This document shows positions 60,264 through 64,000 of a stretch of DNA of 64,000 bases, piece after piece; the first letter of the stretch is position 1, and every line of letters begins with the position of its first letter. Below the pieces are notes generated by a model that was given only the letters and a program-made list of their open reading frames with translations, did no database searches and had not been told where the DNA came from. This DNA comes from an uncultured virus (IMG/VR IMGVR_UViG_3300030376_007244) (lineage: Duplodnaviria > Heunggongvirae > Uroviricota > Caudoviricetes). The position numbers and the translations under genes were made by a program. The stretch lies in IMG/VR virus record IMGVR_UViG_3300030376_007244; one strand, written 5' to 3'.

Positions 60264-60903
60264 TGTATCGGTTATAATCCGTTCTAAAAACGAACAAAAT
60301 CATATAGGTTTTGCAATACAATCATGCTTGGATCACCTAAACAATCCACAAATAATAGTTGTAGACAATGAATCAACCGATGATACATTGGGAGTAGTAA
60401 ATTTATTTGTTGACAGAGCAGATATAAAAATTGTATCTATTGAAAAAGACCAGTACACACCGGGACGGTCTATAAATATGGGTGTACGGGAAGCCGATCA
60501 AGATACGTGTTTGGTTTTATCTGCTCATTGTCAAATAAAGGCTTTAGTTGGTTACAATTTCTACAAAAAACTAGATGCATATTGTGCAGTATTTGGAAAG
60601 CAAACACCAATCTATATGGGAAAGAAAATTACACCTCGTTATATTTGGTCACACTTCGGGGATGAAGAAGTAGTTAACATGCATTCTAAAATAGAAGACC
60701 GATTGTTTCTGCATAATGCCTTTTGTTTTTACAAACGCGAAACATTGGTGGATCATCCTATGCCAGAATCATACTCTGGAAAGGAAGATAGATATTGGGC
60801 AATAGATATGGTTGATAATGGTCATAAATTCTTGTATTGGCCACGATTGCTTACTTATCACTATTACACAAACAATGGTGCCACATGGAGGGGAATGTCA
60901 TGA
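60256..60903 (+). CDS. GT2 glycosyltransferase
   Basis: VSVIIRSKNE, VVDNESTD, LSAH, EDRYWA; ATG 60256 after GGAGG preferred to 60175. Confidence 0.85.
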   Translation: MDNVSVIIRSKNEQNHIGFAIQSCLDHLNNPQIIVVDNESTDDTLGVVNLFVDRADIKIVSIEKDQYTPGRSINMGVREADQDTCLVLSAHCQIKALVGYNFYKKLDAYCAVFGKQTPIYMGKKITPRYIWSHFGDEEVVNMHSKIEDRLFLHNAFCFYKRETLVDHPMPESYSGKEDRYWAIDMVDNGHKFLYWPRLLTYHYYTNNGATWRGMS

Positions 60904-61610
60904 AATTAGCGGTTGTTACAGCATTGTACACTGATGATCCAAACAAACTATACGGGGACATAATACATTACGAGCACGATAAAGATAACGTTGACTATAT
61001 TTGCTATACAAATAGTGATCACATAAGTAATGATTTTTGGGATGTAAGAAAGACAGATGTTTGGAGAGATGGTAGATGGTCAGCTAGAAAGATTAAAACA
61101 GCTCCTCATAGAGTATTGCCAGAATATGATGCATGGCTTTGGATGGATGCACAAATATACTTTACGTATGATCCAGTTTCTTTAGTTGAGAAGCACTTAG
61201 GACAATACGATGTTGCAGTACACTCACACAGTGATAGGACTTGCATATATCAAGAAACTCAAGCAGCTCTTCAAAGACCAGGAACAAAGAGAGATATAGC
61301 TGAAAAGGTTATACATCAAGCAGAACAATATAAGAATGACGGTTATCCTGAAGGAAATGGTTTGTATGAGAATGGAATATTGTTTAGGAAGAATAACGAT
61401 AACGTTGTAAAATTTAATGAGATGTGGTTTGAAGAGACTGCTAAGTGGAACACAGAAGATCAAATATCTTTTTGTTATTCATTATGGAAAATGCCAGAAA
61501 TTAAAGTAAACAGGATCAATAAAACATTTATAGCTCATCAACCTCAAAATAATTTAGAGAAAACAGATGAATTTTATACACTACCGAGGGCAATGAGACA
61601 TGTCGGATAA
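60900..61610 (+). CDS. DUF616 (TOD1/MUCI70-like) glycosyltransferase
   Basis: YICYTN, ARKIKTAPH, WLWMDA, H..RTCIYQE, EDQISF.YSLWK; ATG 60900 preferred to 60837. Confidence 0.8.
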   Translation: MKLAVVTALYTDDPNKLYGDIIHYEHDKDNVDYICYTNSDHISNDFWDVRKTDVWRDGRWSARKIKTAPHRVLPEYDAWLWMDAQIYFTYDPVSLVEKHLGQYDVAVHSHSDRTCIYQETQAALQRPGTKRDIAEKVIHQAEQYKNDGYPEGNGLYENGILFRKNNDNVVKFNEMWFEETAKWNTEDQISFCYSLWKMPEIKVNRINKTFIAHQPQNNLEKTDEFYTLPRAMRHVG

Positions 61611-62712
61611 ATGTTTATTAATACTTAGTAACCCAAGAGTATGTGAAAAGATACTACCAATAATTCCAAAACTATCTAAAACATTTGATATTACTATTTT
61701 TAAAATAGGTGAGTATAGTGATGATACACCATGGAATGGATCATTAGATCCAAGAGCAATAGACATGTTCAATTATGATATGTATTGTGAGAATGTAATC
61801 AATGGTCCAGGTTTTAGATTCCATGGAGATAGATTTACGGAAGATTTAAACGACTATGTTGATGTAACAGATTTTCCACTAATACTATTTGATGATTGTA
61901 AGGAAATGTCAGAACTGAAGATGCCAGCATTGTATCAAAAGGCAAAGGCAAATGGATGTTTAGTTATTGGTAATCATCATGGAAACCAAGAGTTTAACCA
62001 ATCTGGAATATTCGGTCATACTGGGATGAAGAAATCGTTTGATAAGATATTTGTGTTTGGAGAAAAAGAGAGACAAATATTCTCACAGGTTTTTGACCCA
62101 AAAGATGTATTGGTTGGCGGAATACCTGGTAATGATTCGTTATTCGACGCACATATGGAACATAATATTAGTAACCATGTTGATTCACATATATTGGTCA
62201 TACCTAACTTTTTAGGAAACAGATCTCACCCATTTTCTAGAGCCATGGATGAAGATTTTGTAAGAGATACACAATTAGAACAGTTATCACAAGAGTATGG
62301 ATTACCAATTGTCACCAAAATTAAGTCACGATTAGACGATCCAAACAGGGAAAGAAATATTGAGTACGTAATGGATTTGATTCCAAACGGAGAGGTTGTT
62401 GTAGATAGTGATGATATAGACACATTGGTTGCAAATTCAAATGTCGTGGTGAGCGCATTATCAACGTTGGCATTCAAACCTATACAGTTTGGTAAGAGAA
62501 CGATAGTAATTGAAGGAACTGGACAGGTCGGTAATTTTTATGATTATAATTATTTGGTGGATCCAGCTGAAGTCAACATGATAGAAATAGTTAACGGTTT
62601 CGAACAAGATAGGGAATTTATAAAGACAACTCTTGCTGGTGGAATAGATTTTTGTGCTAAAAACATATACATAGAAGAATTATTGAGGACATACAATGAA
62701 AGTAATATATAG
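61600..62712 (+). CDS. GT-B-like protein (candidate nonulosonate or phospho-transferase)
   Basis: NHHG, FDKIFVFG, VGGIPGND, VVVSALSTLAF pattern. Confidence 0.5.
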   Translation: MSDKCLLILSNPRVCEKILPIIPKLSKTFDITIFKIGEYSDDTPWNGSLDPRAIDMFNYDMYCENVINGPGFRFHGDRFTEDLNDYVDVTDFPLILFDDCKEMSELKMPALYQKAKANGCLVIGNHHGNQEFNQSGIFGHTGMKKSFDKIFVFGEKERQIFSQVFDPKDVLVGGIPGNDSLFDAHMEHNISNHVDSHILVIPNFLGNRSHPFSRAMDEDFVRDTQLEQLSQEYGLPIVTKIKSRLDDPNRERNIEYVMDLIPNGEVVVDSDDIDTLVANSNVVVSALSTLAFKPIQFGKRTIVIEGTGQVGNFYDYNYLVDPAEVNMIEIVNGFEQDREFIKTTLAGGIDFCAKNIYIEELLRTYNESNI

Positions 62713-63388
62713 AATATCTGATGGTGGTTACGCTAAGGAAAAACCAGATTATATAGACAACGAGAAATGTTTATTTAATGCATCTCTCAGATTTGGTGCT
62801 AGCAACATTCATGTAATTGCAGATGGTTGTGGACCAAGAACTATGAAGATGATACGTAAAGAGTTTCCAAAGAGCAGCATAACTAAAGTACAGGTTGGAC
62901 ATGGTGCAGGTACATTTAATATTGCCTTAGATATGGCATTGAATCAGTTTAAAAATGAGGACTATATTTACTTCTTAGAAAATGATTATCTACACAAAGG
63001 ACAAGCTAGAGAAGTGCTTCAAGAAGGTATAGATCTCGGAGCATCGTTTATTGCATTGTACGATCATCCAGATAAATACCTAGACCCAAGCAAAGGTGGT
63101 AATCCATACTGTGAAGGTGGTGCTGAGGATACAAGAGTTTATTTAACGAAGACATGCCATTGGAAAGTGACCAATTCTACAACAATGACATTTGCAGCAA
63201 GAGTGGATGTGTTGAGAGAGACAGAGCCCATACTAAGAAAGTGGACAACTGGAACATATCCAGAAGATTTTAAAATGTTTTTAGATTTAAGAGAGAATGG
63301 ACATCTACTAATATCATCGATTCCAGGTTTTTCTACCCATGGAGAAACAGCATGGCTGTCTCCACTAACTGATTGGAGCGTACAATGA
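62696..63388 (+). CDS. GT-A glycosyltransferase-like protein
   Basis: HVIADGC, IYFLENDYLH, LYDHPDKY, STTMTFA. Confidence 0.65.
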   Translation: MKVIYRISDGGYAKEKPDYIDNEKCLFNASLRFGASNIHVIADGCGPRTMKMIRKEFPKSSITKVQVGHGAGTFNIALDMALNQFKNEDYIYFLENDYLHKGQAREVLQEGIDLGASFIALYDHPDKYLDPSKGGNPYCEGGAEDTRVYLTKTCHWKVTNSTTMTFAARVDVLRETEPILRKWTTGTYPEDFKMFLDLRENGHLLISSIPGFSTHGETAWLSPLTDWSVQ

Positions 63389-64000
63389 TTTCAGTAATAA
63401 TACCAACATATAAGGAACCAGAAGCTTTAGATTTATGTTTAAGATCTGCAGTGGAGGGAATGAAGACTAACTACGAAGAGATTATAGTAGTCGTAGATGG
63501 GACGTATGATGTAAACAAAGAAGTGCTTGACAAATACGAAACAGTAAAGTACATTGTGTTAGATGAAAACTATGGTACAGGACATGCAATCAATATTGGC
63601 GTTAGTTCTGCAACACAACCATATGTTTTAATTGTTAATGATGACAATGTATTTCCTCGTGATTGGGATAAGAAGCTTGTTGGGTACTGTAACGAACAAT
63701 GGGTTGTGGCACCAAATCACATAGAACCGTACGATTCTATATTTGAACAGTTTCATATAAAAGATTTAGGAAGAGATCCAAAAACATTTGATTTAGAAAA
63801 GTTTTGGGATTACGAAGAAAGTATATCCGAGAAAGAAACAGATGTTACAGGTTCAACGTTTCCAGTGTTGGTTTCTAAACAGGCATTTCTATATCTTGGA
63901 GGGTGGGATACCAACTATCCTACACAAGCTGGATTAGTTGCTGATTGGGATTTCTTTTTGAAGGCTACGCTAGCAGGTTTAAAATTGATGAGAACATATC
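63385..64000 (+). CDS. GT2 glycosyltransferase, runs off window end; absent from ORF track
   Basis: ATG 63385: MISVIIPTYKEPEALDLCLRS...IIVVVDG...LIVNDDNVFP...ADWDFF, no stop before 64000. Confidence 0.85.
   Translation, partial: MISVIIPTYKEPEALDLCLRSAVEGMKTNYEEIIVVVDGTYDVNKEVLDKYETVKYIVLDENYGTGHAINIGVSSATQPYVLIVNDDNVFPRDWDKKLVGYCNEQWVVAPNHIEPYDSIFEQFHIKDLGRDPKTFDLEKFWDYEESISEKETDVTGSTFPVLVSKQAFLYLGGWDTNYPTQAGLVADWDFFLKATLAGLKLMRTY

Noticed and set aside
11109..62477. Short minus-strand ORFs in the track (e.g. 16503-17120, 18825-19415, 29884-30294)
   Set aside because: All lie antisense to well-supported genes and show no recognisable motifs.
1..64000. Stop-codon reassignment, introns or inteins
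   Set aside because: Genes tile the + strand at expected lengths with TAA, TAG and TGA all used as stops; polymerases, helicase, RecA and RNR are uninterrupted.
51295..64000. Mis-joined bacterial O-antigen or capsule locus
   Set aside because: Starts at the same phage promoter motif, similar composition and gene coupling, no Wzx/Wzy/Wzz; read-level confirmation is still advisable.

Overview
The whole window reads as one segment of a large, AT-rich, contractile-tailed (myovirus-type, distantly T4-like) phage genome. All credible genes are on the + strand, tightly packed, in the standard code with strong AGGAG Shine-Dalgarno sites. Layout: (1-7850) two collagen-like G-X-Y fibre proteins, one with a Peptidase S74 chaperone; (7908-13004) two 2OG-Fe(II) oxygenases and three glycosyltransferase genes; (13048-26937) tail sheath, tube, tail chaperone with a probable -1 frameshift, tape measure and baseplate genes; (26969-37648) atypical family-A polymerase, NUDIX, SSB, RecA, 5'-3' exonuclease, DnaB helicase and B12-dependent class II RNR; (37666-40597) an H-type pseudoknot, a full TonB-dependent outer-membrane receptor, tRNA-Ala(UGC) and a long hairpin; (40693-46287) a dCMP-type thymidylate-synthase homologue, nucleotide hydrolases, family-B polymerase and a Cas4-like nuclease; (46991-64000) a long cluster of glycosyltransferases and sugar-nucleotide enzymes (NeuA/NeuB, WbpB/WbpI-like, formyltransferase, sulfotransferase). 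Best candidates for an undescribed system: (i) phage-encoded hydroxylation and glycosylation of its own collagen fibres with nonulosonate, formylated or sulfated sugars; (ii) a phage TonB receptor next to class II RNR behind a pseudoknot; (iii) a cytosine-modification plus PolB cassette alongside a non-canonical PolA. All assignments come from reading motifs by eye; no database search was run.
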